Below, one piece after another: positions 26,815 to 37,474 of a stretch of 64,000 bases of DNA (position 1 is its first letter; every line of letters begins with the position of its first letter). The stretch covers positions 5,652 through 69,651 of IMG/VR virus record IMGVR_UViG_3300020213_000029. The stretch is one strand, 5' to 3'. The notes beneath the pieces were generated by a model. That model did not search any database. It was not told the origin of the DNA and saw nothing but the letters and a program-made list of their open reading frames with translations. Both the position numbers and the translations under genes were made by a program. The stretch is from a virus.

Positions 26815-27483
26815 ATGGCTGAAGAGGACGAAATTGGACTTGTCGACCTCGACATTATGTCGGGTGACACGAACCCCGTCGATGCGGGAATCGCCGTTAT
26901 CGCCCCCAGCGGCGTAACCGTGACAGTCATGACCGAAGGGGAACGAGAACTTTTCGAAGGGGCGGCCGAAAAATACCAGGAAGACAACAAACTCACCAAT
27001 GTGACTGACCTCAAGGATCTTGACCGGATCCTGATGATGGAACTAATGATTTATCGGTGGAGTTTCTGGGTTATCCGGGAACAAGACTATTTCGGTGAGG
27101 CCATCGACCTCGACAAGATCCAAAAATCGATTGTGGAGGTCAGCAAGGAGCTGCGGCAAGTCAAGAAGTCCATGGGGATCGACAAGATCTCTCGGGACAG
27201 AGATAAAGGCAACTCGTTGGCAGAGTTTATTGAGAATATACGTCTACGGGCCAAAGAGTTCGGTTATAAACGTAACGAAGAAGCCACGAAGGCCATCACG
27301 CTCTTCAAGGAATTGGAGGCCTTGATTGTGTTTTGGGGGAATTGTACAGATCAGGAGAGAAAAGAGAACCACTGTCAGATGGAAGACATATTTTTGTGGA
27401 TCCAAACCGTAGCGATTCCGGAGTTTGTTGCGATAGACGCTGCCTTTAGAAAACAACAATCTATGTGGATCAGAGATCTTTAG
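26815..27483 (+). CDS. Helical protein, candidate terminase small subunit
   Basis: Position upstream of the large terminase; helical; function inferred from synteny only. Confidence 0.45.
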   Translation: MAEEDEIGLVDLDIMSGDTNPVDAGIAVIAPSGVTVTVMTEGERELFEGAAEKYQEDNKLTNVTDLKDLDRILMMELMIYRWSFWVIREQDYFGEAIDLDKIQKSIVEVSKELRQVKKSMGIDKISRDRDKGNSLAEFIENIRLRAKEFGYKRNEEATKAITLFKELEALIVFWGNCTDQERKENHCQMEDIFLWIQTVAIPEFVAIDAAFRKQQSMWIRDL

Positions 27484-27484
27484 C

Positions 27485-28039
27485 ATGCGGGGCAATTCTG
27501 TAGACAAACTCGACGAAGATTGGGAAGCCAAGGTAGAAACTATCGCCAAACTGTACCCCAAGAGTGTGGCGCTCGACTGGAGCGAAGTGTTCGGCCAGGA
27601 CCCGGCCATTCTAGGACGGGTCATCAACGACGTTATCAAGCTGGACCAACGGAGAGTTGGGCGTCCCGGTAAACGGCCAAGTTTGGCCCCCAATCTCACT
27701 GCACAAAAGCTAAAGGAACTACAAGGAGAGGATCACACCAATCTACCTTTTCCTGAGGCTCTGAAGATCCTCACTATGGGGACTCCTATCAAGGATGTGC
27801 TCGGGCGGCTCCATGTGAGCCGGAGTCATCTTTATAATGTGTTCGAAAGAAAAAGTCTTCCAAGTTTGGACATCATCGAGCAAGCCGCCATCGCCTTCGG
27901 GAAACATCCCAGCTACTTCCTAGAATACAGGGTCGCATATATCGTAGGCATCCTACAATCGAAGCTGACCAGCGTACCGGAATCCTCGATTGTCTTCTAC
28001 CGGAAACTAGCAGGATACGAAGAAAAGCGTAAAAAATGA
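27485..28039 (+). CDS. HTH-domain protein
   Basis: VSRSHLYNV...LPSLD.IE..A.AF...PSYF.EYR. Confidence 0.6.
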   Translation: MRGNSVDKLDEDWEAKVETIAKLYPKSVALDWSEVFGQDPAILGRVINDVIKLDQRRVGRPGKRPSLAPNLTAQKLKELQGEDHTNLPFPEALKILTMGTPIKDVLGRLHVSRSHLYNVFERKSLPSLDIIEQAAIAFGKHPSYFLEYRVAYIVGILQSKLTSVPESSIVFYRKLAGYEEKRKK

Positions 28040-31000
28040 GCGTTATAGAGGATCTGACGGAGGAGGAAGCCTATCTTTGGGCAATAATTTCCGATCCATC
28101 GGGTCTGGATTTAGCGGAGTGGTCATGGACCGACGAAGAGCAGGCAGACGGGTGTTTCCGAGCTTGGCCATTTCAATGGAAATGGTTTAGATGCACTGAT
28201 CAGCGACAGATCGATCAGATGGGTCGAGGGCTCGGGAAGAGTTTATCGATAAAAATGCGGGCCTATGCCTTTCCGTTTTTGCATCCCGGACAAGAGATGG
28301 TTATAACGGCGCCTGAGGGTGTACACCTTGATGCGGTAACAGACAACGTAGAGACAATATTTCTGTCGTCTAGGCTTGGCGACGCCATGGTGGTAAAGGG
28401 TCGTAGTGGCATAAAACATCGCCCCTTCCACATCAACTTTGTCAACGGTTCACGTATTATGGGCCGCATACCTCAACTGTCGGGCAAGGGCTTAAAAGGG
28501 ACGCACCCACTGTGGTTGGAAACTGACGAGGCCAGTGACTTCCCGGCTCAAGGCTGGGTAGAAATTATCGAGACCCTGAAGATGGGCACGCCAGGAGCTG
28601 TCTGGAGGTGTATCGCAGAAGGCCAGCTCGTTCTGACGTTTGAGGGATGGAAACCTATCGAGAAAGTTGAAGTCGGAAACTTGGTTTTGACACACAAACA
28701 AAGGTGGCGTCGTGTCATAAAAACTTGGGAGAATGATATTCAGGAATGTGTATCGACACAAGGAAACGGACATCCTGGATTGATATCAACCGCTGATCAT
28801 AAGTTCTATGTGAGAGGTGTTGCTCCAGGGCATAGGCGAGGAGGCAAGCAACTCCAATCTCCCGGCTGGATCTCAGCAAAGGAATTTAAATCTTCCTGTC
28901 CCTACAGCCATTGGTCTAGTCCCACAAGCGTTCCCTGGGGGGATGGGGAAGTCCCTCCTGTCGTTGCAGAGAAGGGGTGGTACACTTCGATCGCTGATAC
29001 CTCAGATCTGACGTGGCTGTGGTTGTATGGGCTTTACATAGCGGAAGGCTATGGGTGTAACTCTGACAATTCTGGACACAATCACCGACGATTTCATTGG
29101 TGCGTCAACGATGAAGAATGTGATCTCGTGGCCGAGAAGCTGGCCAGTTTGGGTTTGAAATCGCATTTTTATAGGCAAGGCAAAAGTGTTAAGGTTATAG
29201 TGGGATCCTCCGGTTTATATCACTGGCTTACAGACAATGCAGGAGTTCTGGCGCACAATAAGGAAATAGCTAAATGGGTGTTTGGTCTAAATGACATACA
29301 AAGACAGGCTATATTTGATGGTATGACTTACGGGGACGGAAGCTGGTCACATGATAGGACCAGGTGGGAGTACGTTACGGTGTCCAAGAAGCTCGCACTC
29401 GGCATGAAGCTTCTTGGACAGTCATTGGGGTACGTCTGCAATCCACGACACACCGAACCCAGAGAATCAATTATAGAAGGTCGTACCGTACGGTCCAAAG
29501 AGGCGTGGTGTGTCCAAATGACCCATTTGAAGGATTATATTGCGCCTAGAACTAAGTTGTTGGATGACGGGTTGATGTGGTCCCCCATCGAAGATGGTGT
29601 CCACAGTGTCGGACCGAGAAGGGTATATGATCTAGAGGTAGAAGAGGACCATAGTTACATCGTGGAGGGTATTGTTGTATCGAATTGTCACGGCGTTACG
29701 AGAGGAATGCGGGATCACTTCTATAAGTTTACGCAACCTGACTCCGGCTGGACCGTTCACCGAGCAACCGGCATGCATCGCCCTACATGGAATGACGAAG
29801 AACGCCAAGCAAAAATGGACATGTATGGATCAAGGGATCATCCTGACTACCGCAGGAATATTCTAGGGCTCCATGGTGATGCCACTAACCCGCTCTTCGT
29901 TCTCCATCGCCTTATGCAGTGCGTGGATGCTGAACAGACCTCTACTTACAACACTGATGAGTACCAGATCATCAAAATCAATAACGAGATGGTCCTTGAC
30001 AGTGGTGACGATGTTCTCGACCTGCTGGATTATCCAGAAGCGCACATCAAGAAATATAAAACATTCTGGATAGGCATGGATATCGGGCTCACACTCGCCC
30101 CGTCATCGATCATGATCTTCGCCGAGGAGAACGTCAAAGGCGTATCAAAACTGCGACTCCTGTGCCGGGTTATGTTGGAACGTATCTCTAACCCGGCCCA
30201 GGTCCAAGTGATTTTGCACACGATCGCCTTTTATAAGCCGCAGGCCTTCTCTATGGACCGAACGGGTATCGGTCTGCCCATGTTCCAAGATATTCAAAAT
30301 CAAGCTGAAACCGTACCCGGGCTAAAACCGGTTCTAGATATCATTAAAGGTTACAATTTCTCATCTAAGATTTTGGTAGACTTCGACCAAACCATTGATG
30401 TCGATCAGTATACCGGGGACGCCGAGAAAGAAGCGGGCATGCATCGTAACGTGCTTGAATACTGTGTTGATGCCGAGACGGAATGCTTCACTAAAAGTGG
30501 TTGGAAGACTCACGACCAGCTAGAAGCGTCGGAGCTTATTCTCACGCTAGATCCACAGACAAAATTGGCCGAGTGGCAGCCCGTTGAGGCAGTGAATGTT
30601 TTTGATGGAGATAGGAAGGTACTTGACGTCCAAACCAGGAGTTTCTCAAGCGTCTCTACCATGAATCACAACTGGGTAACCTTTCCTGTCTCACCCTACT
30701 CTAAGAAAGAAGCAGTTGTTTGGAATACTACCGCTGACCTGGTCAATAACTCACGAATCATGATAATGGCCCCAGGCGCCGGTGCCACACATAAAACGAT
30801 CGAGGATGCGGTCGTACGAGTTGTGGCTTGGCTCTACACGGAAGGTTGGTGGGGCCACGGGAGAACAGACAAATCGTGTGGTTTTGGTATTGCCCAGTCA
30901 TTCACTGTGTACCCGGAGAAAGTGGACGACATCCGGCAAGACCTGACGGAAGCTATTGGGGTAAAGGGGTTTTCTGAAAGTAAAGTTAACAAGGTCGGGA

Positions 31001-31701
31001 TGATTACGTTCTGGGTAAACGCCGAGGAAGCAAGGAAAATCGAGCGACATATTACATATCCCGAGAAATGTCCTACACCTGCCTTTTTGTCGGCCATGAC
31101 GCAGGAACAGGCGCTTGAGTTTATAAGAGTATCGATAGAGGCTGATGGATGTGGGCGACAATTCATGCAGACAAAACGCTACCATGCAGAAGCCTTCATG
31201 ACTGCGACAGTAATGGCCGGTATCCCGGCCCGAATGTCCGAAACAAAGAAAGGGACCTGGTGCGTGGAGTTATTGAAGAGGGGCTATGTCAAGCCCGTTC
31301 AGGCTGTCCGTTTGAACTCATTGTGCGCCTCGATGGAGATTCGTGAACATACCGGCATTGTCTGGTGCCCTACGACTGCGCACGGAACCTGGCTGGCTAG
31401 ACGACGGGGGACGACGTATTTTACAGGCAACTCTTCGGACAAGTTAAGGCAGATCGTGGACGAGAACCGGATGATTATACCGTGGGACAAAGAGCTGATC
31501 GCTGAATTTCAGGGCTCTACGTGGTCATATGATAAGTCGGTCATCGATATGTATGGTCGTAGAAAGCGCTATAATAAAGGCGACTTACACAACTTGGATG
31601 CTGCCCGGATGGCCGTGCTAGGTTATGTGCAGTACGCCATCGAAGTCCTGATGAAGAAAGAGAAGCAGACCCCTGTCACTGACATCTTTCTCACCTTCTG
31701 A
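28036..31701 (+). CDS. terL: Terminase large subunit with two inteins
   Basis: Walker A-like GRGLGKS, Walker B-like ETDEA, nuclease IGMDIG, DRTGIG, H.LDA; position before portal. Confidence 0.88.
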   Translation: MSVIEDLTEEEAYLWAIISDPSGLDLAEWSWTDEEQADGCFRAWPFQWKWFRCTDQRQIDQMGRGLGKSLSIKMRAYAFPFLHPGQEMVITAPEGVHLDAVTDNVETIFLSSRLGDAMVVKGRSGIKHRPFHINFVNGSRIMGRIPQLSGKGLKGTHPLWLETDEASDFPAQGWVEIIETLKMGTPGAVWRCIAEGQLVLTFEGWKPIEKVEVGNLVLTHKQRWRRVIKTWENDIQECVSTQGNGHPGLISTADHKFYVRGVAPGHRRGGKQLQSPGWISAKEFKSSCPYSHWSSPTSVPWGDGEVPPVVAEKGWYTSIADTSDLTWLWLYGLYIAEGYGCNSDNSGHNHRRFHWCVNDEECDLVAEKLASLGLKSHFYRQGKSVKVIVGSSGLYHWLTDNAGVLAHNKEIAKWVFGLNDIQRQAIFDGMTYGDGSWSHDRTRWEYVTVSKKLALGMKLLGQSLGYVCNPRHTEPRESIIEGRTVRSKEAWCVQMTHLKDYIAPRTKLLDDGLMWSPIEDGVHSVGPRRVYDLEVEEDHSYIVEGIVVSNCHGVTRGMRDHFYKFTQPDSGWTVHRATGMHRPTWNDEERQAKMDMYGSRDHPDYRRNILGLHGDATNPLFVLHRLMQCVDAEQTSTYNTDEYQIIKINNEMVLDSGDDVLDLLDYPEAHIKKYKTFWIGMDIGLTLAPSSIMIFAEENVKGVSKLRLLCRVMLERISNPAQVQVILHTIAFYKPQAFSMDRTGIGLPMFQDIQNQAETVPGLKPVLDIIKGYNFSSKILVDFDQTIDVDQYTGDAEKEAGMHRNVLEYCVDAETECFTKSGWKTHDQLEASELILTLDPQTKLAEWQPVEAVNVFDGDRKVLDVQTRSFSSVSTMNHNWVTFPVSPYSKKEAVVWNTTADLVNNSRIMIMAPGAGATHKTIEDAVVRVVAWLYTEGWWGHGRTDKSCGFGIAQSFTVYPEKVDDIRQDLTEAIGVKGFSESKVNKVGMITFWVNAEEARKIERHITYPEKCPTPAFLSAMTQEQALEFIRVSIEADGCGRQFMQTKRYHAEAFMTATVMAGIPARMSETKKGTWCVELLKRGYVKPVQAVRLNSLCASMEIREHTGIVWCPTTAHGTWLARRRGTTYFTGNSSDKLRQIVDENRMIIPWDKELIAEFQGSTWSYDKSVIDMYGRRKRYNKGDLHNLDAARMAVLGYVQYAIEVLMKKEKQTPVTDIFLTF
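28609..29685 (+). mobile_element. Intein 1 in terminase (LAGLIDADG)
   Basis: CIAEGQ...TADH...GLYIAEG...DG..YGDG...VYDLEV..DHSY...VSN|C. Confidence 0.88.
30463..31431 (+). mobile_element. Intein 2 in terminase
   Basis: CVDAETE..T..GW...T.NH...VWCPTT..GTW.ARR.G..YFTGN|S. Confidence 0.88.
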
Positions 31702-31987
31702 AACTCGGTGCCTGTTCTGCAGGAAGATTACCTCCGCAGTTTTTTCGGCGCCTCTGATCTCTATTCTGATCTGCGACGACTGTCTGATCTGTTCACGAGT
31801 CGCCGTACTATCCCCCTCTGCTGGTGCGTTTTACGTGACCCTGTTGGTCGACGACAACCCGATCTACTTCACACTCCTCGATATGTCCGCTTTCAATGAC
31901 GACGAGGACGAATGGGTGCGGTCTCTAAACAAGATTCGGACCGATCACTTCGATATGGTCAAAGATTGTCGAAAGAAGTCGATTTAG
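31679..31987 (+). CDS. Probable hidden CxxC-containing ORF (start uncertain, CTG?)
   Basis: Open frame ...ETRCLFCRKITS...ICDDCLIC...RKKSI* fills the terminase-portal gap. Confidence 0.4.
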   Translation: MTSFSPSETRCLFCRKITSAVFSAPLISILICDDCLICSRVAVLSPSAGAFYVTLLVDDNPIYFTLLDMSAFNDDEDEWVRSLNKIRTDHFDMVKDCRKKSI

Positions 31988-31994
31988 GCGGATT

Positions 31995-32330
31995 ATGTTT
32001 ACTTTAACCGACGAAAACCCGATTATCCCTAAGAGAGGGAATCTCACGGTACAGGACTTCCGTGACGAACTCGATACTTTCTTCAAAGAGATTGAGAGAT
32101 TTTATCAGATGGATCCGGTGTCGATTCTGCAGCGACTTGCCGCTTACAGTGGCCGGATGTCCTACGTGAGATCCCTTATCATGCGCCAAAAAGAATCACG
32201 GGATCTGACAAATTTCAGGGTCAAAGAACTTGACCCATTTTTGGTTGAGGTCGACCGTCAGTTCCGTATCTGGTCCCGAGTCATCACCATCCAACAAGAT
32301 GAATGGAAACAAGCGGCAGGGGCCTTGTAA
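31995..32330 (+). CDS. Hypothetical helical protein
   Basis: TAATG coupling to portal. Confidence 0.6.
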   Translation: MFTLTDENPIIPKRGNLTVQDFRDELDTFFKEIERFYQMDPVSILQRLAAYSGRMSYVRSLIMRQKESRDLTNFRVKELDPFLVEVDRQFRIWSRVITIQQDEWKQAAGAL

Positions 32331-33943
32331 TGGCACGGCCGAAGAAAATCGTCCTCATCAACGAATCCGATGTCGACGACAACGACATTCTTCAGGCGAT
32401 GCAAGCGAGTCCCGCTTTGGCGGCGATGACGACATGGACCCGGAACGTACAGCGGGGCAGCCGTAGCGGCGGCATCTTTGAGCGGGATCGGTACGTCACA
32501 CCGGGCGTCCTGTTCGATCAGTTCCGTGTAGCGCTCGATGCCGTCGAATCCGATGATGTCTGCAGCGGTGCCCTGGAAACAACCGAATCGTTGATGTTCA
32601 CTTCACTAGAAGTGGTCTGCGATGACGAAGATGAAGAGAATGTTTGGAACCAGATCATTTATGATATCGAATTGGAGATCCGCTTTCGTGAAATGTGGCG
32701 GGAACTCTTTACGGTGTCGCAGTATTACGCAGCGATGCTGTGGACCAAAAAGGATTACAAGGTCCAGGGCGAAACCGACGCCGGAAACCAAAAAAAGAAA
32801 CAGTACCCGGGACTGAACGTACCGTCTGCCCTTACTCTACTCGACCCGCTCAAGGTACTCCCGGTTGGCAATTTCCTTTTTGGGCAGGAACGTCTCGCCT
32901 ATTTGGCTTCGCCCGATGAATCACTCAGCTTCCAGAACGTGTTGGCCGGGGACGTTACCTCCGATTTGATCGTCGCTTCCCTGCTAGAGCGAAAGATGGA
33001 CAAGGACGAATACAACGCTCAGCAACTCTCGGAGGAGACGGGCGCCGTATTTCATGACCTGTATTTGATGAACAAAGACACCGTGTTTCGTCACACGGCG
33101 ACACGGCCGAGCTACGCCAAATTCGCTAGCGTCAGAATGAAATCTGTGTTCGAACTGTTGGACCTTAAGCAGCAGCTCCGACAAATGGACCGTGTGCATC
33201 TCACCGCTGCGACAAATTTCATACTTTTAATAAAGAAGGGGGAAAAGGATTCCCCGGCGCAACAGCCCGAGCTGGCGGCGCTGAATGAGCAGGTCAGGAC
33301 GTTGGCCCGGGTCCCGATTATCGTCGGTGATCACCGTTTGAATATCGAAATCATCACGCCAAAGGTCGATGCGACGCTGCAGCCAGAGCGATACAACAAC
33401 CTGGACTCTCGTATCACGTCACGGTTGTTCCAAATGTTCAGCACGGGCTCATATAGTTCAGGCACAAAGGGCGATGACTCGATCAAATTGGCCCGCATAC
33501 TGGCCCGAGGGATGGAATCTCGTCGAACCGGAATGATCGCATCCATCATGAAGAACATCATTCTTCCCACTATGGCACGGAACCCGCAGCTGAAATCCCC
33601 GCCGGAACTCAATGTGACACCGAAACGTATTGCCCTCGACTTCGATCCGCAGGTCCTCAACTACATCCTTGAAGCCCGCACCCGTGGTGATATCTCTAGG
33701 GAAACGGCGCTCGGCGAAATGGAAATCGACCAGCTCGACGAAGTCCGAAACAGGAAACGGGAAAAGAAATACGACAAAATCTTTGAGCCTCCGGCGCTGC
33801 CTACCGCTCCCATCCCGCCCGGCGGTGCGGTTCCTGCAAAGCCCAGAACATCAGCAACACCGAAAGCCGGAGGTCGCAAAGGTGGGACAAACCCCAACTC
33901 CTTCACCTCCGGACCTGGGCGTGGTCCAGCTAAACCAGGATGA
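32330..33943 (+). CDS. Portal protein
   Basis: About 540 aa; synteny after terminase; ISRET.L motif; Pro/Gly-rich tail. Confidence 0.7.
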   Translation: MARPKKIVLINESDVDDNDILQAMQASPALAAMTTWTRNVQRGSRSGGIFERDRYVTPGVLFDQFRVALDAVESDDVCSGALETTESLMFTSLEVVCDDEDEENVWNQIIYDIELEIRFREMWRELFTVSQYYAAMLWTKKDYKVQGETDAGNQKKKQYPGLNVPSALTLLDPLKVLPVGNFLFGQERLAYLASPDESLSFQNVLAGDVTSDLIVASLLERKMDKDEYNAQQLSEETGAVFHDLYLMNKDTVFRHTATRPSYAKFASVRMKSVFELLDLKQQLRQMDRVHLTAATNFILLIKKGEKDSPAQQPELAALNEQVRTLARVPIIVGDHRLNIEIITPKVDATLQPERYNNLDSRITSRLFQMFSTGSYSSGTKGDDSIKLARILARGMESRRTGMIASIMKNIILPTMARNPQLKSPPELNVTPKRIALDFDPQVLNYILEARTRGDISRETALGEMEIDQLDEVRNRKREKKYDKIFEPPALPTAPIPPGGAVPAKPRTSATPKAGGRKGGTNPNSFTSGPGRGPAKPG

Positions 33944-34076
33944 GAATTGATGCAACTTAACGAAGAACAACTCGCTGAAAAATGGCGTGGTCCATTCACC
34001 GGACAGCTCAATATCTTTGGTGACGAGTATAAGGAACCCTCTACCGAACCGATAGAAACCAGTAGGGGGGAGTCTA

Positions 34077-34904
34077 ATGACTATAGGGATCGAATCTGAA
34101 GGCAAGCTACTTCTAATCACGGGCGATGTACATCTTTATACCGAAGACCGTGACGTGGCATCCAAATGGGCCTCCAAATATATTCACAAAAATCCCGCGC
34201 TGGCTTGGATCATTGGCAGGTACGCCGAAGCCGATCAAGCAAACTCAAATAAACAAATGTGGTCACTGGCTGATGTACAGGCTACCCACGGGTTGATCCA
34301 AAACAGCCCCCTCAACATCTTGCACCGGCCGCACCATATTGTTGGTTCTTTCGTCGGCACCGAAGTGGTCTACCCGACAGTGGACGGTGCGGGCGACGAT
34401 AGCGGTCATCCTTATATCGAAGCCCTCGCCGCCTTCTGGAAATACTATTTCCCGCAAGAATTGAAAGTGGTCGAAGCAGCATACAACGCTGGGCAACTTG
34501 CATACAGTATGGAATGCGTGGCTGAAGCTGTGTCCTGTGATGGACCCGACGGGTGCGGTGTCGAGTTCACTTACGCCGGGCCGCAATCCAAAACTTACTG
34601 CGCCCATCTGAACGATGGAATCTCGGATAAGAAGATGAAAAACCCCCTATGGTTGGGAGGTGCATTGATCATGCCTCCGTCGCAGCCTGGGTGGAAAGAC
34701 GCTAAAGTTTCCGACATGGCGCACGATATTGAACTGGCCGACTTCGTATATGCGTCCCTCCAAGAAGAAGTACCGGCGGGGAATCCGAAGGTTTGGGAGA
34801 TGCAGATGCTGCAGATCCTTGCGCAATATGGCAAGAAGAAAAAGAAAAAGAGCGGCAAGAAAATGATGGACGAAAAGTTCGTCCCACCATGGATGAAAAA
34901 GTGA
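34077..34904 (+). CDS. Putative capsid maturation protease
   Basis: ANSN, LN..H....VG, SMEC, C..C....YCAHL, GGALI..P..P; synteny. Confidence 0.65.
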   Translation: MTIGIESEGKLLLITGDVHLYTEDRDVASKWASKYIHKNPALAWIIGRYAEADQANSNKQMWSLADVQATHGLIQNSPLNILHRPHHIVGSFVGTEVVYPTVDGAGDDSGHPYIEALAAFWKYYFPQELKVVEAAYNAGQLAYSMECVAEAVSCDGPDGCGVEFTYAGPQSKTYCAHLNDGISDKKMKNPLWLGGALIMPPSQPGWKDAKVSDMAHDIELADFVYASLQEEVPAGNPKVWEMQMLQILAQYGKKKKKKSGKKMMDEKFVPPWMKK

Positions 34905-34985
34905 GTCTAAAGTATTTTAAGGTGACGGTCGAGGAAACTATCAACAAATTCTGAGAATCGTTCAATAATTATGAACAGGGGGACG

Positions 34986-35681
34986 ATGATGGAATTAACG
35001 GAACTTAAAGCACAGCACGACAAACTGCTTGCTGAAAAACCGGAAGGCCTCGAACATGATGCCACAACTTGTCCGATATGTACAGAAGACACCGAAGGGG
35101 GTGACATGAGCACGAGTAAGACTTATACCCAGGAGGAACTCGATACGGCGATTGCAGCAGTGGTTGCACCACTACACGCACGAGTCGAAGAGTTGGCAAG
35201 CCTGGAACAGGTCAAGGTCGTTGAAGCCAAGGTGGCGGAAGCAGTCGCTCCTCTGAATGATCAGATTAGTGAACTGCAGAAGACACTCGACGTAGAAACA
35301 GCCCGTGCCGAGGCCGCTGAAAAGAATTACAGCGATCTTACGTCAAAGATGGAAGCCGATCAAGCTGCAGACACAGCGGCGAAAGAGCGTGAGGCCATCA
35401 AGGCTGATCGACTCGCCATTGTCAAAGAAGCGGCTTCTTTTAAAGACGAATACATCGAAAGCAACATTGAGCGCTGGACGGATCTTTCCGAAGAAGCCTT
35501 CACTGCTTGTGTCGATGATTGGAAAGCCGTAGCGGCCCAGGAGCCTGTCACTAAAGATGACAAGGACCTGTTGGCTGTCACCGCCATGAAAGCAGTCCGC
35601 GAAGACAAAAAGGACGGGATGTCCAATATGCGGGCACTCGCCATGATGGCTTTGTCGGGCACAGATATTAAGTCAGCCTGA
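34986..35681 (+). CDS. Scaffolding protein
   Basis: Acidic coiled coil with YTQEELD; precedes capsid genes. Confidence 0.65.
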   Translation: MMELTELKAQHDKLLAEKPEGLEHDATTCPICTEDTEGGDMSTSKTYTQEELDTAIAAVVAPLHARVEELASLEQVKVVEAKVAEAVAPLNDQISELQKTLDVETARAEAAEKNYSDLTSKMEADQAADTAAKEREAIKADRLAIVKEAASFKDEYIESNIERWTDLSEEAFTACVDDWKAVAAQEPVTKDDKDLLAVTAMKAVREDKKDGMSNMRALAMMALSGTDIKSA

Positions 35682-35690
35682 GGAGGGTAA

Positions 35691-36257
35691 ATGAGCAATT
35701 ACGGACGCAATTTTGGGTTCCGGGTCCCGCCTTGGCATGGCGACCGCAGTGGTAAACATTACGCTGTGGCAGCAATTCCTGAGGGCGCCCCGGTTGTTTA
35801 CAACAACGGCGCTGAAAACGCTCTCGGCTTGATGCCGATGGCGCTAGCGTCGGCCGCTGCAGCGAAACCGCTGCCCGGTCTCGGTGGTATCGCAGTGTAC
35901 GAGTTTGCACCGAACGCCTTCGCCGGGGACGACGTGTACTTGACCGATTATTCGGACAAGGGCACGATCCCTCTCGGTGCAGCGATTCAAGTGGTGCGAG
36001 GCATGGCGAACAAGGTGTGGTTCCGTAACACGGCCGCTTCCACGTTCCTCGGCCAGCGGGCTTATGCAGGTCGAGTCATGGTTGCCGGTGTGGGTATCGC
36101 TACCCCGACGGTGGCTGTGGGCGACATGCTTACGCCGGGCACCGGCAACGACAGTGCAGGCTACTGGGCCGAAACGTCCGACACCGCCAAAGCATGGCTC
36201 ATCGTCACCCGGGTAGAAAATGCCCGTGGTGAAGTCGAAGCAAAGCTCAACTTCTGA
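35691..36257 (+). CDS. Capsid decoration/cement protein
   Basis: Gly/Ala-rich beta protein between scaffold and major capsid; strong RBS. Confidence 0.55.
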   Translation: MSNYGRNFGFRVPPWHGDRSGKHYAVAAIPEGAPVVYNNGAENALGLMPMALASAAAAKPLPGLGGIAVYEFAPNAFAGDDVYLTDYSDKGTIPLGAAIQVVRGMANKVWFRNTAASTFLGQRAYAGRVMVAGVGIATPTVAVGDMLTPGTGNDSAGYWAETSDTAKAWLIVTRVENARGEVEAKLNF

Positions 36258-36273
36258 AAGGGGTGACATAACT

Positions 36274-37221
36274 ATGAAAGAAATGATCGATCTCCTCGGA
36301 AGGAATGCCCAAGAGCGAGCAGTCATCAAAGACCTTAAAGCTAAGGTCCAAGCTGAAGCTGAGGCGAACTGGGAAGATCCCAAATGGCGTCGTGACATGG
36401 CTGCGGCTATGACAGAGACCATCTTTTGGGGTTTTGAGCACGAAAACCTTCTGCCTTTGATGTCGAATGTGGAGAACGTGGGTTGGAATGATCGAGTTGC
36501 GATCAAAGAGACTCGTGGACTCCGGGCACACTGGGTTGCTCGTGGCGGTTATATCGAGAGTTCTGAGCTGCACTCAGAGATCTTTGAGCTGCCCCGGGAC
36601 ACCGTCGGTTTTGCTCTATTCGAATTCGAAGACAAGATCCTCGCCAATTTCGGTGAGACGCAGTCGAATATCATCCGCCTTGGTATGCAACGTCTCGACG
36701 CTGCGATCTATCAGCGGTTCTTCGCCACACTGCAAGCCGCTGTACCTTTCGGCAACTCATCGTATATTTCCGGTGCGGGCCTCAGCCTTTCTGCTCTTGT
36801 AGCAGGATTGCGGTCCGTTCGTGACGCCTCCATGGATGGCAACATCACGATCGTCGGTCGGGCCACGATGACAGACCAAATTGTTGACGCAATTATCGGA
36901 GCCAATCAAGGCACCGGTTTCTTGCCGCAAACAAATGAGGATCTGCTTCGTCGGGGCGTGCTCGGAGTTTACCGTGGCGCCAATATCATCACCTTGAAGA
37001 ACTACAAGGACGATGTCGATGTCTCATACTTCCCAGCCAACGAGTTGTGGATTATCGGACAAGACGCATCCAAGTTCGCCTACTTCGGTGACCTTAAGTC
37101 CAAGGAAATGCTTGAAGGCGACAACTGGTACTGGCATTACAGGACGAGGCGAGACTTTGGTGGCGTAGTGCATAGGCCTGACCGGATCCGTAGAATCGTG
37201 GATACCTCGATTGTTCCATAG
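36274..37221 (+). CDS. Major capsid protein
   Basis: 315 aa; HK97-like G.LG.YRGA.I P-domain signature; followed by a terminator. Confidence 0.75.
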   Translation: MKEMIDLLGRNAQERAVIKDLKAKVQAEAEANWEDPKWRRDMAAAMTETIFWGFEHENLLPLMSNVENVGWNDRVAIKETRGLRAHWVARGGYIESSELHSEIFELPRDTVGFALFEFEDKILANFGETQSNIIRLGMQRLDAAIYQRFFATLQAAVPFGNSSYISGAGLSLSALVAGLRSVRDASMDGNITIVGRATMTDQIVDAIIGANQGTGFLPQTNEDLLRRGVLGVYRGANIITLKNYKDDVDVSYFPANELWIIGQDASKFAYFGDLKSKEMLEGDNWYWHYRTRRDFGGVVHRPDRIRRIVDTSIVP

Positions 37222-37285
37222 CGCCTGTACTAAATAACTCAGGACTAGGTACCGATGCACCTAGTATGGAAAATAGTTTAAACAG

Positions 37286-37315
37286 AAAAGGGTCAGCCTT
37301 CGGGTTGGCCTTTTT
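37286..37315 (+). terminator. Intrinsic terminator
   Basis: GGTCAGCC-TTCG-GGTTGGCC-TTTTT. Confidence 0.8.
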
Positions 37316-37392
37316 CATATGCTATATAGTTGTTTCTATGTTTAAAGACAAGGATCGATTATAATCGTGATGATGATCTGCCTGAAAACGCA

Positions 37393-37429
37393 GAAGAAGG
37401 CCAGGCTCGGGGGTGTCCTGGCCTTCTTC
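37393..37429. repeat. 13-bp perfect inverted repeat upstream of TGATATAAT promoter (37443-37451)
   Basis: GAAGAAGGCCAGG-11nt-CCTGGCCTTCTTC. Confidence 0.7.
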
Positions 37430-37474
37430 CTGTGTAAACGCATGATATAATGTCCGGGACGAAAGGATTTTTTA

